Assembly: GCF_050920415.1 (NCBI RefSeq)
Contig: NZ_CP169309.1
Strand: one strand, 5' to 3'
Source of the DNA: Escherichia coli
GTDB taxonomy: Bacteria; Pseudomonadota; Gammaproteobacteria; Enterobacterales; Enterobacteriaceae
Length of the DNA: 64,000 nt
In this document: positions 27,189-37,319 of the stretch, piece after piece
Position numbering within the stretch: position 1 is the stretch's first letter
Layout: every line of letters starts with the position of its first letter
The notes under the pieces: model-generated
Told to the model about the DNA's origin: nothing
Seen by the model: only the letters and a program-made list of their open reading frames with translations
Database searches by the model: none
Made by a program: the position numbers and the translations under genes

Positions 27189-27200
27189 ATGATAAAGCCG

Positions 27201-28613
27201 TTACTTCCGCAGTTCAGCAGTCCGCTTCTTACCAATAAACAACCAGCCCAACCCCAGCGCGATAAACCACAGCGGGGTAACCAGCAGCGCCTGGCGAGTG
27301 TCATCTTCCAGTGTCAGCAGCACGATCACGAACACAAAGAACGCCATACATACCCAGCACATCAGCTTACCGAGCGGCATCTTGTAGATTGATTTCTCAT
27401 GCAGGTGCGGACGCTGTTTGCGATACACCAGGTATGAGCAAAGGATAATCGTCCAGACGAACATAAACAGAATCGCGGAAACAGTCGTGATCATCGTGAA
27501 CGCGCCAATTACACTTGGATTCACATACAACATCACCACGCCGCCGAGCAGACAGATACAAGAGAAGGTCAGCCCTTTCGCTGGTACGGCGCGCTTAGAA
27601 AGTTTAGCGAACGCTTTCGGCGCAACACCTTCCTGGGCCAGACCAAACAGCATACGGCTGGTAGAGAAGACGCCGCTGTTAGCGGAAGACGCCGCAGAGG
27701 TCAGCACCACAAAGTTGATTACGCTGGCAGCCGCAGGCAAACCCACCAATACAAAAAGTTCAACGAACGGGCTTTTCTCCGGGACTACCGAACTCCACGG
27801 CGTCACGGACATAATCACAATCAGCGCGAAGACGTAGAACATAATGATACGGATCGGAATGGAGTTAATCGCACGTGGCAGTGATTTCTCCGGATCTTTC
27901 GTTTCCGCAGCGGTTGTACCGACCAGCTCAATCCCCACGAAAGCGAAAACCGCTATCTGGAATCCGGCAAAGAAGCCACTTAAACCTTTCGGGAACCAGC
28001 CGCCGTCATTCCACAAATGCGCAAACGACGCTTCCACACCGGTCGGTGACTGGAAGTGCATCATGACCATGACCAGGCCGACGACAATCAGTGACACGAT
28101 GGCGACAATTTTGATCATCGCAAACCAGAACTCCATCTCACCGAACATTTTCACGGTAGCGAGGTTGAGCGTCAGCAGCAGCACTATCACCGCCAGCGAG
28201 GCAACCCAGTCGGAGAGATCGGGGAACCAGAACTGAGCATAGGCAGTGATGGCCACCACGTCCGCCATACCGGTAACCACCCAGCAGAACCAGTAGGTCC
28301 AGCCAGTGAAATATCCCGCCCATGGCCCCAGTAAATCGGAAGCGAAGTCACTAAAAGATTTGTATTCCAGATTCGAAAGCAGCAATTCCCCCATTGCCCG
28401 CATCACGAAAAAGAGCATAAAACCGATGATCATATAAACGAAGATGATCGACGGTCCGGCAAGGCTGATTGTTTTACCGGACCCCATAAACAACCCCGTA
28501 CCAATGGCCCCACCAATGGCAATAAGCTGAATATGTCGGTTTGTGAGATTGCGCCGTAGCGACTGTTCAGCCGGAGCCTGATCATCGGCAACGACTTTTA
28601 CCTGATCTACCAT
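27201..28613 (-). CDS. cycA: D-serine/D-alanine/glycine:H+ symporter (APC family)
   Basis: 470 aa ORF MVDQVKVVADDQAPAEQSLRRNLTNRHIQLIAIGGAIGTGLF...; 12-TM amino-acid permease. Confidence 0.95.
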   Translation of the reverse strand: MVDQVKVVADDQAPAEQSLRRNLTNRHIQLIAIGGAIGTGLFMGSGKTISLAGPSIIFVYMIIGFMLFFVMRAMGELLLSNLEYKSFSDFASDLLGPWAGYFTGWTYWFCWVVTGMADVVAITAYAQFWFPDLSDWVASLAVIVLLLTLNLATVKMFGEMEFWFAMIKIVAIVSLIVVGLVMVMMHFQSPTGVEASFAHLWNDGGWFPKGLSGFFAGFQIAVFAFVGIELVGTTAAETKDPEKSLPRAINSIPIRIIMFYVFALIVIMSVTPWSSVVPEKSPFVELFVLVGLPAAASVINFVVLTSAASSANSGVFSTSRMLFGLAQEGVAPKAFAKLSKRAVPAKGLTFSCICLLGGVVMLYVNPSVIGAFTMITTVSAILFMFVWTIILCSYLVYRKQRPHLHEKSIYKMPLGKLMCWVCMAFFVFVIVLLTLEDDTRQALLVTPLWFIALGLGWLFIGKKRTAELRK

Positions 28614-28921
28614 GTTTTTTTCTTCCTGTACCTGTCTGTGTTGTTCAGGCTCTGCGGCCTTTAGTCAGTCTATGATACGACGAATCTGTATCGGGACTCA
28701 TCGATATTAGGTAACAATACGCGGGATGAATACTAAGATTTAGATCTAATGTTAATTTTATGTTTAAAGTGAGTGTCATATCACGGTGATAACGCGAAAC
28801 AGCTCACAAAAATACACGCTTACGTGGTCTTTGCAACACAAAATAGCGCCATTTGGCAAACTGAAGGGTTTATTGCTGAATGCCTGCTCCCCTCTGGCTC
28901 GAGGGGAACAGAATGCGCTGC

Positions 28922-29542
28922 TTAGAGGATTTCCAGCAGTTCGACTTCAAACACCAGGGTGCTGAACGGAGGGATGGACGCGCCTGCGCCACGCTCGCCA
29001 TAGGCCAGTTCCTGCGGGATAGTCAGTTCCCATTTAGAACCTACCGGCATCAGAGTCAGTGCTTCAATCCAGCCAGGGATCACGCCGTTAACCGGGAATT
29101 CAGCTGGCTCGCCACGGGCAACAGAGCTGTCAAACACAGTGCCGTCGATCAGTTTACCGGTGTAATGAACACGAACGCGGTCAGTGCGTGCCGGAATTGC
29201 GCCTTCCCCCTGATTGATCACGCGGAATTGCAGGCCAGATTCGGTGCTATTCACACCTTCTTTTTTGGCGTTTTCTTCCAGGTATTTCACACCTTCAGCA
29301 GCCATCGCCTGGAAACGCTGACGACGAACGGCATCGGCGCGTTCGTGGATTTCACGCAGCGCGCGGTGCACCACATCAACCGGAACAGCCGGATGTTTGC
29401 CTTCCAGCGCATCGGCAATGCCTGCAACCAGGGCTTCTGGCAGCAGCCCTTCCAGGCCTGATTCACTCAGTTGTTGCCCTACCTGCAAACCAATGCCGTA
29501 GCTTGCTTGCGCTTCGATGGTGTCAAAAGTTGGGGTGGTCAT
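28922..29542 (-). CDS. fklB: FKBP-type peptidyl-prolyl cis-trans isomerase
   Basis: ORF track begins at 29701; ATG 29540-29542 gives [18 protein letters not shown]... (206 aa) with a C-terminal FKBP domain. Confidence 0.93.
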
Positions 29543-29759
29543 CGTATTTCCTTTCTTAGGGTATAAAGTAGCGGGCAGCATATCAGCCACACTTCTTTGG
29601 GTAAAACTTTGTCGCGGGAATGATGACAAATCCCGGGGAAAAAGAAACAATAGCAATATCCCGTATGAATATAATAAAGGCGGGTTTACCACGGACATCA
29701 TAGCGTTAGCTTATTCATAGGCTATGATTGAGGAACAAGACGCGGAGCAGGAGGAAACC

Positions 29760-30398
29760 ATGCCCGGGCGCTTTGAACTAAAACCAACCCTGGAGAAAGT
29801 CTGGCACGCGCCGGACAATTTTCGCTTCATGGACCCGCTACCGCCGATGCATCGTCGGGGGATCATTATTGCCGCTATTGTATTGGTGGTCGGATTTCTA
29901 CTCCCGTCGGATGATACGCCAAACGCGCCGGTGGTGACGCGTGAAGCACAGTTAGATATTCAGTCGCAATCACAACCGCCGACAGAAGAACAGCTGCGGG
30001 CGCAATTAGTCACACCACAAAATGATCCTGATCAGGTGGCTCCGGTCGCTCCAGAACCGATACAGGAAGGCCAACCGGAAGAGCAGCCGCAAACCTCGCA
30101 AGTGCAACCTTTCCAGCCAGATAGCGGAATTGACAATCAATGGCGCTCTTATCGTGTCGAACCCGGTAAAACAATGGCGCAGCTGTTCCGCGACCACGGA
30201 CTGCCCGCTACCGATGTCTATGCAATGGCGCAGGTAGAAGGCGCGGATAAGCCACTGAGTAATTTGCAAAATGGGCAGATGGTGAAAATCCGCCAGAACG
30301 CCAGCGGCGTGGTGACGGGCTTAACCATTGATACGGGAAATAATCAACAGGTTCTGTTTACCCGCCAGCCGGATGGCAGTTTTATTCGCGCGCGGTAG
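29760..30398 (+). CDS. ytfB: OapA-domain cell-division/envelope protein YtfB
   Basis: GAGGAA Shine-Dalgarno then ATG 29760 ([19 protein letters not shown]..., 212 aa); TM anchor and Pro/Gln-rich linker. Confidence 0.9.
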   Translation: MPGRFELKPTLEKVWHAPDNFRFMDPLPPMHRRGIIIAAIVLVVGFLLPSDDTPNAPVVTREAQLDIQSQSQPPTEEQLRAQLVTPQNDPDQVAPVAPEPIQEGQPEEQPQTSQVQPFQPDSGIDNQWRSYRVEPGKTMAQLFRDHGLPATDVYAMAQVEGADKPLSNLQNGQMVKIRQNASGVVTGLTIDTGNNQQVLFTRQPDGSFIRAR

Positions 30399-31029
30399 AT
30401 GAAGGGTCAACCAGAAGCCAGCTAAGGATCGTCTCTTTGATGACCTTACGCCTGGCTTCCAGTGCCTGCGGTGAAACCATACTGATGTGATAAACCAGGC
30501 CAAGCGTATGTTGGTTGATCAAATAATATCCTCCAAGAGCAGCAATATTAATATTCACCTGCAACGGGTCGATATCTGGCTTAAAAATATTGCGCCGTTT
30601 GCCTTCAGCTAATAATGACTCCATTAACTGTAAGTGTGCGTGGTTAATTTCTAAAAGGCGCTGTGATTTTGCATAATGCACCCCTTTACTCTGGTTTTCA
30701 CTATGCACAATTTTTAAAAACCAGGGGTTAGCAATGTAATAATCCCAGGTGAAATCGATAATTTTCTCAATGGCTTTTTGTGGCGGAAGACCTGAGAAAT
30801 CAAGGGATTTTTCTTTTTGCCGAATATCATTCCAGGTATATTCCAGCACTTCGATAAATAAATTTTCTTTATTACCAAAGTGATGATAAACCGTCTGTTT
30901 ACTGCACTCCGCGGCCTTGACGATATTATCGACTCTGGCCCCTTCGTAACCATATTCGGCAAATTCATTAACCGCACATAACAACAGCTTTTCCTTCAGG
31001 CTTTGTACGTTGCTGGTATCAAGATACAT
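30382..31029 (-). CDS. TetR/AcrR-family transcriptional regulator (islet regulator)
   Basis: ORF track start 31089 is GTG; ATG 31027-31029 gives [58 protein letters not shown] (TetR N-terminal HTH), 215 aa. Divergent from the downstream operon; 3' end overlaps the ytfB 3' end by 17 bp. Confidence 0.85.
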   Translation of the reverse strand: MYLDTSNVQSLKEKLLLCAVNEFAEYGYEGARVDNIVKAAECSKQTVYHHFGNKENLFIEVLEYTWNDIRQKEKSLDFSGLPPQKAIEKIIDFTWDYYIANPWFLKIVHSENQSKGVHYAKSQRLLEINHAHLQLMESLLAEGKRRNIFKPDIDPLQVNINIAALGGYYLINQHTLGLVYHISMVSPQALEARRKVIKETILSWLLVDPSSTARE

Positions 31030-31151
31030 TCCGCTTCCCCACGTCTTCTTCGTGATGACTATCTTAACCCGATTTGTTAGAAGCTCCACTAAAATGGCTA
31101 AAAACTCGCAATTTCATCGGGTTATCAAATGCTCTGTGATCATTATCGCAT

Positions 31152-31173
31152 ATCAACCAACTAGATGGTTGAT
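31152..31173. promoter_or_regulatory. Candidate TetR operator (22 bp palindrome) in the islet divergent promoter
   Basis: ATCAACCA-ACTAGA-TGGTTGAT: perfect 8 bp inverted arms with a 6 bp spacer, between the regulator start (31029) and the operon start (31241). Confidence 0.4.
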
Positions 31174-31240
31174 CTTTCTTGCCACACATTGCAAGCTAAT
31201 CGTCACTTAAGGAAATAATATTCAAAAAGAGGGTTATTGT

Positions 31241-32032
31241 ATGAAGTCAACACGTCCTGTTGCTGTCATCACTGGAGCCGCACGTGGTATTGGAAAGGGC
31301 TGTGCACTGGAACTTGCGCGTGGCGGATTTAATCTGCTGATTAATGATCGTCCGGATGCCGACAGCGTAGAAAAATTACATGCCACACAACAAGAATGTC
31401 TGGCGGAAGGCGTGGAAGTGATTTGCTTCCCTGCTGATGTTGGCGATCTCTCCCTTCATGAAGAGATGCTCGACGCGGCGCAAAACCAGTGGGGACGTCT
31501 GGACTGTCTACTCAACAACGCAGGCATTTCAGTGAAAAAACGCGGTGACCTCCTCGACCTCGAACCAGACAGCTTCGACCAAAACATTGCCATTAACACC
31601 CGTGCGCCGTTCTTCCTTGCTCAGGCATTCAGTAAGCGATTACTGGCACAGCCGAAACCGGAAGCAGAACTGCCGCACCGCTCGATTATTTTTGTCAGTT
31701 CCATAAACGCCATCATGCTGGCGATGAATCGCGGCGAATATACCATTGCAAAAACTGCCGTCTCCGCCGCAGCTCGTCTGTTTGCCGCTCGCCTTTGCAA
31801 TGAACAAATTGGCGTTTATGAAGTGCGCCCTGGCCTAATCAAAACCGATATGACCATTCCGGCAACGGCTTATTACGACGAACTGATTGCTAAGGGGTTA
31901 GTGCCGTGGGGACGTTGGGGTTATCCGGCTGATATTGCCTCAACGGTCCGCGCGATGGCGGAAGGCAAACTGATTTACACCTGTGGTCAGGCGGTCGCCA
32001 TCGACGGCGGCTTAAGTATGCCGCGCTTCTGA
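31241..32032 (+). CDS. Short-chain dehydrogenase/reductase (SDR) family oxidoreductase
   Basis: 263 aa ORF; TGAARGIG cofactor-binding motif, NNAG, and catalytic Y-x3-K (EYTIAK); AGAGGG Shine-Dalgarno. Confidence 0.85.
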   Translation: MKSTRPVAVITGAARGIGKGCALELARGGFNLLINDRPDADSVEKLHATQQECLAEGVEVICFPADVGDLSLHEEMLDAAQNQWGRLDCLLNNAGISVKKRGDLLDLEPDSFDQNIAINTRAPFFLAQAFSKRLLAQPKPEAELPHRSIIFVSSINAIMLAMNRGEYTIAKTAVSAAARLFAARLCNEQIGVYEVRPGLIKTDMTIPATAYYDELIAKGLVPWGRWGYPADIASTVRAMAEGKLIYTCGQAVAIDGGLSMPRF

Positions 32033-32041
32033 GGCTGAATC

Positions 32042-32884
32042 ATGAGAGATCTGTTACAACGCCCGGATTTATTCAGTATCAATACTGCGACACTGGGCTA
32101 TAAAACGCCGCTACCTGCCATTATTGATGCCTGCGCCGCACGCGGTATTGGCGCGATTGCCCCCTGGCGCAGGGAGTTGCAGGGTGAAGATCTCCAGCAA
32201 ATCGCCCGCCAGCTTGCTGCCAGTAACATGAGCGTTTCCGGTTTGTGTCGTAGCACCTATTACACCGCGCCGACGCTGACGGAACGCAAACTGGCGATTG
32301 ATGATAACCGCCGGGCGCTGGACGACGCCGCTGTACTGAACGCCGCCTGTTATATGCAGGTGGTTGGCGGTCTGCCAATGGGAACAAAAGATCTGTACGA
32401 AGCACGGGAACAGGTGAAACAAGGGATTCGCCAGTTGCTGCCACATTCGAAAGAGGTCGGCGTGCCAATTGCACTGGAGCCACTGCACCCGATGACTGCT
32501 GCCGATCGTTCTTGTCTGTGCACATTACGTCAGGCGCTGGACTGGTGTGATGAACTCGATCCCGATGGCGAATTTGGCCTCGGCGTGGCGGTAGATGTCT
32601 ACCATGTCTGGTGGGACCCGGATCTCGCCAGTCAGATCCTGCGTGCCGGAAAACGCATCCTCGCGTTTCATGTTTCCGACTGGCTGGTGCCAACCACCGA
32701 TTTAGTCAATGATCGGGGAATGCCGGGAGATGGCGTCATTAATATTCCCTCTATTCGTCGGCTGGTTGAAAACGCCGGATTTAATGGCGCTATTGAACTG
32801 GAAATATTCTCGCCGTACTGGTGGCAGAAAGATATTAACAGCACGCTGGATATTAGCGTCGATCGCATCGCGCATTATTGCTAA
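32042..32884 (+). CDS. Sugar-phosphate isomerase/epimerase-like TIM-barrel enzyme (xylose-isomerase-like fold)
   Basis: 280 aa ORF with the LEP / FHVSD signature pattern typical of this fold; 9 nt downstream of the SDR stop. Confidence 0.7.
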   Translation: MRDLLQRPDLFSINTATLGYKTPLPAIIDACAARGIGAIAPWRRELQGEDLQQIARQLAASNMSVSGLCRSTYYTAPTLTERKLAIDDNRRALDDAAVLNAACYMQVVGGLPMGTKDLYEAREQVKQGIRQLLPHSKEVGVPIALEPLHPMTAADRSCLCTLRQALDWCDELDPDGEFGLGVAVDVYHVWWDPDLASQILRAGKRILAFHVSDWLVPTTDLVNDRGMPGDGVINIPSIRRLVENAGFNGAIELEIFSPYWWQKDINSTLDISVDRIAHYC

Positions 32885-32893
32885 GGAATGATC

Positions 32894-33670
32894 ATGAGTG
32901 ACCAACCCGTTCTGTTCAGCAGAGCGGCGGCTTCCTGCCGCCTGACATTGAACCGTGAAGATAAATGTCATGCTATTAATGAAGAAATGATCGAATCTCT
33001 CGACCATTATTTAAATGAAATTGAAAACGACACCACATTACGATTAGTCGAATTAACGGCAACCGGCGATAAATTCTTTTGTGCGGGCGGCGATATTAAA
33101 TCGTGGTCAGCCTATTCGCCATTAGATATGGGCAGAAAATGGATTAAACGCGGCAATGACGTTTTTAATCGCCTGCGCAATTTACCTCAATTAACGGTTG
33201 CGAATCTCAACGGTCATACTATCGGCGGTGGTATTGAACTTGCCTTGTGCTGCGATATTCGTATTGCCCGCCCCAGTGCGAAATTCTCTAATCCGGAAGT
33301 AATGCTCGGCATGGTGCCTGGCTGGATGGGCATTGAACGCGTGCTTAATCAGGTCGGTCCGGTGGTCGGTCGCCAGATGCTGATGCTGGGTAAACGCCTG
33401 ACGGCGCAGGAAGCTCAGGCGGCGAATTTAATTGATGAAGTGGTAGAAAAAGAACAGGTGGAAAGCTGGATGGCGAATCAGTTAGCGCAGCTGGAAAAAT
33501 GCGGTCCGGTGGCGCTCGCACATATCAAGCAACTGATTCTGGCTCTAGAAAATAAACATGCTGATTACCCGCACCAGTTACTGGCTGGATTAATGTCCGC
33601 CACTCAGGATTGCCAGCAGGCGACGCGCGCATTTGCCGAAAAAAGTAGCGTGAGCTTCCAAAATCAATAA
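32894..33670 (+). CDS. Enoyl-CoA hydratase/isomerase (crotonase) family protein
   Basis: Crotonase hallmarks FFCAGGDIKSW and GHTIGGGIELALCCDIRIA; ATG 32894 is preferred over 32888 on Shine-Dalgarno spacing. Confidence 0.85.
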   Translation: MSDQPVLFSRAAASCRLTLNREDKCHAINEEMIESLDHYLNEIENDTTLRLVELTATGDKFFCAGGDIKSWSAYSPLDMGRKWIKRGNDVFNRLRNLPQLTVANLNGHTIGGGIELALCCDIRIARPSAKFSNPEVMLGMVPGWMGIERVLNQVGPVVGRQMLMLGKRLTAQEAQAANLIDEVVEKEQVESWMANQLAQLEKCGPVALAHIKQLILALENKHADYPHQLLAGLMSATQDCQQATRAFAEKSSVSFQNQ

Positions 33671-33679
33671 GGAAATTGT

Positions 33680-35221
33680 ATGCGTAAGATAACAACCGCC
33701 GAGACACTGGCGGCGCAAATTCAGGACGGCGCAACCATTGCCATTAGCGGTAATGGCGGCGGCATGGTGGAAGCGGACCATATTCTGGCTGCTATTGAAG
33801 CGCGTTTCCTGCAAACCGGACACCCGCGCGATCTGACATTAATCCACTCGCTGGGCATTGGCGATCGCGACTGCAAAGGCACTAACCGCTTCGCTCATGC
33901 AGATATGCTCAAACGCATCATTGCCGGACATTTTACCTGGTCGCCCAAGATGCAGGATCTGGTGAAAAACAATGCTATTGAAGCCTACTGCTTCCCTGGT
34001 GGCGTAATTCAGGCACTGCTGCGGGAGATCGGTGCCGGACGTCCAGGGCTTTTTACCCACGTTGGACTGGGATCGTTTGTTGATCCGCGCAACGGCGGCG
34101 GTAAGTCGAACGCCAGCACCACTGAGGATCTGGTAGAACTGATTGAAATCGACGGTGAAACCAAACTTCGTTATCGCCCTTTCAAAGTGGATTACGCGAT
34201 TTTGCGTGGCACTTATGCTGATCCGCGTGGCAACGTCAGCCTCGAAGAAGAGGCGATTGATATGGATAGCTATTCCATGGCGCTGGCAGCACACAACAGC
34301 GGCGGCAAAGTGTTCGTACAGGTGCGCGATGTGCTGGAAGCTGGTGCCATTGAACCACGCCGGGTCAAATTACCGGGCATTCTGGTTGATGGCATCGTTG
34401 AACACCGCGAACAACCACAAACCTATCTTGGCGGTTACGATCTGACCATTAGCGGTCAGCATCGCCGTCTAAGTTCTAACGACGCAATTGAACTGGTTAG
34501 TCATCCGGTGCGCCGCCTGATTGCCCGTCGGGCAGCACGCGAACTGGTAGCTGGCGCTTCAACCAACTTTGGCTTTGGCATTCCCGGCGGCATTCCTGGG
34601 GTTGCACTGCGCGAAGGCGTGCCTTATCAAAGTTTATGGCTGAGCGTCGAGCAAGGCGTGCATAACGGTATGATGCTGGATGATGCTCTGTTCGGCTGCG
34701 CCCGTAACGCCGATGCCATTATTCCATCACTCGATCAATTCGAATTCTACAGTGGCGGAGGGATCGATATCACCTTCCTCGGCATGGGAGAGATGGATCA
34801 GCATGGTAACGTCAACGTCTCCCATCTCAATGGCAATCTCATTGGCCCCGGCGGATTTCTCGAAATTGCGCAAAACGCCCGTAAAGTGGTGTTCTGTGGC
34901 ACGTTCGACGCCAAAGGTAGCAAGATTGATGTAACACCAGATGGCTTGCATATCGCCCAGTCAGGTCAAATCCCTAAACTGGTTACCCAGGTGGAAAAAA
35001 TCACTTTTAGCGCCGCCTACGCACAGCAAAGCGGTCAGGAAGTGTTGTATATCACTGAACGTGCAGTATTCCAGTTAACGGCAGAAGGCGTTGAATTAAT
35101 TGAAATCGCGCCGGGTGTGGAGATTGAACGCGACATTCTGCCGCATATGGCTTTCCGTCCAATTATCAATCAGCCACGCCTGATGGAAAGTAGCCTGTTT
35201 ACGCCGATGGAGGATGCATGA
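33680..35221 (+). CDS. Fused family-I CoA-transferase (acyl-CoA:acetate/3-ketoacid CoA-transferase-like)
   Basis: 513 aa ORF about the size of fused alpha/beta family-I CoA-transferases, with glycine-rich loops (ISGNGGG, SGGGIDITFLGMGE); AAGGA Shine-Dalgarno. Confidence 0.7.
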   Translation: MRKITTAETLAAQIQDGATIAISGNGGGMVEADHILAAIEARFLQTGHPRDLTLIHSLGIGDRDCKGTNRFAHADMLKRIIAGHFTWSPKMQDLVKNNAIEAYCFPGGVIQALLREIGAGRPGLFTHVGLGSFVDPRNGGGKSNASTTEDLVELIEIDGETKLRYRPFKVDYAILRGTYADPRGNVSLEEEAIDMDSYSMALAAHNSGGKVFVQVRDVLEAGAIEPRRVKLPGILVDGIVEHREQPQTYLGGYDLTISGQHRRLSSNDAIELVSHPVRRLIARRAARELVAGASTNFGFGIPGGIPGVALREGVPYQSLWLSVEQGVHNGMMLDDALFGCARNADAIIPSLDQFEFYSGGGIDITFLGMGEMDQHGNVNVSHLNGNLIGPGGFLEIAQNARKVVFCGTFDAKGSKIDVTPDGLHIAQSGQIPKLVTQVEKITFSAAYAQQSGQEVLYITERAVFQLTAEGVELIEIAPGVEIERDILPHMAFRPIINQPRLMESSLFTPMEDA

Positions 35222-37299
35222 GTCAGCTTGATGACACCCTCCTTGATGCGCTGACGCACGTCACTTTCCCGAAGGGTTTTGTGTCAGCAGAGCCAGCGTC
35301 AATTGTCACGGTTGAAGATGTCGATTACCCGATCTGGCAAGTTGATGCGCTAGTCGTTGGTAGCGGCGCGGCAGGGCTGCGCGCAGCGGTTGAACTTAAG
35401 CGCCGCCAGCAAAATGTGCTGATCGCCACCGCCGGGTTATATATGGGGACATCGGCATGTTCTGGTTCCGATAAACAGACGCTGTTTACCGCCGCTACCG
35501 CGGGCAACGGCGATAACTTCGCTAAACTGGCGGAAGCACTGGCGAGCGGTGGGGCGATGGATCACGACACCGCTTATGTCGAAGCGGTAGGTTCTCTGCA
35601 CACTCTTGGCGGGTTGCAATATCTTGGTCTGGAATTACCGGAAGATCGCTATGGCGCAATTCTTCGTTATCAAACCGACCATGACGAAGCCGGGCGAGCA
35701 ACCTCGTGTGGGCCGCGTACTTCTCGCCTAATGGTGAAAGTATTGCTGGAGGAAGTGCAGCGTCTTGCCATACCACTACTGACCAGTGCAACGGTGATTA
35801 AGCTCCTGCATCAGCACGGAGAGAATGGCGAAGATCGCGTTGCGGGGGCTATTCTCGCAACCGGTTCCCGCGCCTATAACCCTTGGGGGCTGGCTATTGT
35901 GACGGCGCCCAATGTGGTACTGGCAACGGGCGGACCGGGCGAGCTTTATCGCGACAGTGTTTATCCACATAAATGCTTCGGCTCGCTGGGGCTGGCGCTG
36001 GAAGAAGGTCTGACGCTAACCAATCTGACCGAAAGCCAGTTTGGTATAGGCACGCCGCGCAGCACGTTTCCGTGGAATTTGTCCGGCACCTATGTACAGG
36101 TGATCCCATATATCTATTCCGTGGATGCCGGGGGCAACGAGTATAACTTCCTCGCAGATTACTATCGCACCACCCAGGAGCTGGCTTCAAACATCTTCCG
36201 TAAAGGCTATCAGTGGCCGTTTCACGCCACACGAGTGATGGATTTTGGCTCCAGCTTGTTAGATATGGCAGTAGCGCAAGAGCAGCAATCAGGGCGTCAG
36301 GTATTTATGGATTTCAATCGCAATCCTGAACCTGTGCCGGGTGACCTGCCGTTCTCATTAGATCGACTGGACGACGACGTTCGCGCGTATCTGGAAAATA
36401 ACGACGCTCTGGCACCATCGCCCATCGAACGACTGCAACGAATGAATCCGCTGTCTATCTCGCTGTATAAGATGCACGGTTACGATCTCACCACGCAGCC
36501 ATTGCAGTTTGCCATGAATAATCAGCATATGAATGGCGGCATTGAAGTGGATATCTGGGGGCAAACCTCCCTGTCCGGCTGTTTCGCCGTGGGGGAAGTT
36601 GCTGGCACACACGGCGTCACTCGCCCTGGTGGTGCGGCATTGAATGCCGGGCAGGTTTTTGCTGTTCGTCTGGCACGTTTTATTGGTTGCACGCAAAAGC
36701 GGTCCGTTGAGGATGATGTCGCGCAGCTAGTAGCCTCACCTCTGCATACAATCAGAGAAGTTATCGCTCAGGCACTGGCAAACGAGAACGGAATGACGCT
36801 GGCAACGGTAAAAGAAAAAATCCAGGCGCGAATGTCTGATTACGCGGGATTTATTTGCCATGCTGATAAAGTTCGTCACGCCGCCCGTGACGCCATGCTG
36901 TTAAATGAATTTGCGCAGCAACATGGTCTAACTATCAACCACGCCGGTGAAATTGCCGAGCTATTTATGTGGCGGCATATGGCATTAACATCCGCTGCGG
37001 TGTTAAGCCAGCTATCACATTATATTGATGCTGGCGGTGGTAGTCGTGGAGCGCGGATGATTATTGATCCACAAGGAGAATATCTTCCACAAACTCGTCG
37101 CGGCGCAATCGAAGATTGGCGTTTTCGCTCTGAACAAGCTGAAGATAAAAATCACAGACTAACTCTCTCCTTTTCACAAGGTTTATTTATTAATGAAATT
37201 AAGTTCTTGAGAAACTTACCGCATATTAAAGGTATTTACTTTGAGAAGAATTGGCCTGATTTTCTTAACGGAACAATTTATCAGACACGGCATGAATAA
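35218..37299 (+). CDS. FAD-binding flavoprotein of the fumarate reductase / succinate dehydrogenase / L-aspartate oxidase superfamily
   Basis: 693 aa ORF; N-terminal dinucleotide-binding motif DALVVGSGAAGLRAAVEL; ATG overlaps the CoA-transferase stop (ATGA); the last ~300 nt are AT-rich. Confidence 0.75.
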   Translation: MSQLDDTLLDALTHVTFPKGFVSAEPASIVTVEDVDYPIWQVDALVVGSGAAGLRAAVELKRRQQNVLIATAGLYMGTSACSGSDKQTLFTAATAGNGDNFAKLAEALASGGAMDHDTAYVEAVGSLHTLGGLQYLGLELPEDRYGAILRYQTDHDEAGRATSCGPRTSRLMVKVLLEEVQRLAIPLLTSATVIKLLHQHGENGEDRVAGAILATGSRAYNPWGLAIVTAPNVVLATGGPGELYRDSVYPHKCFGSLGLALEEGLTLTNLTESQFGIGTPRSTFPWNLSGTYVQVIPYIYSVDAGGNEYNFLADYYRTTQELASNIFRKGYQWPFHATRVMDFGSSLLDMAVAQEQQSGRQVFMDFNRNPEPVPGDLPFSLDRLDDDVRAYLENNDALAPSPIERLQRMNPLSISLYKMHGYDLTTQPLQFAMNNQHMNGGIEVDIWGQTSLSGCFAVGEVAGTHGVTRPGGAALNAGQVFAVRLARFIGCTQKRSVEDDVAQLVASPLHTIREVIAQALANENGMTLATVKEKIQARMSDYAGFICHADKVRHAARDAMLLNEFAQQHGLTINHAGEIAELFMWRHMALTSAAVLSQLSHYIDAGGGSRGARMIIDPQGEYLPQTRRGAIEDWRFRSEQAEDKNHRLTLSFSQGLFINEIKFLRNLPHIKGIYFEKNWPDFLNGTIYQTRHE

Positions 37300-37319
37300 T
37301 ATTGCAAAGGTTAATCACT

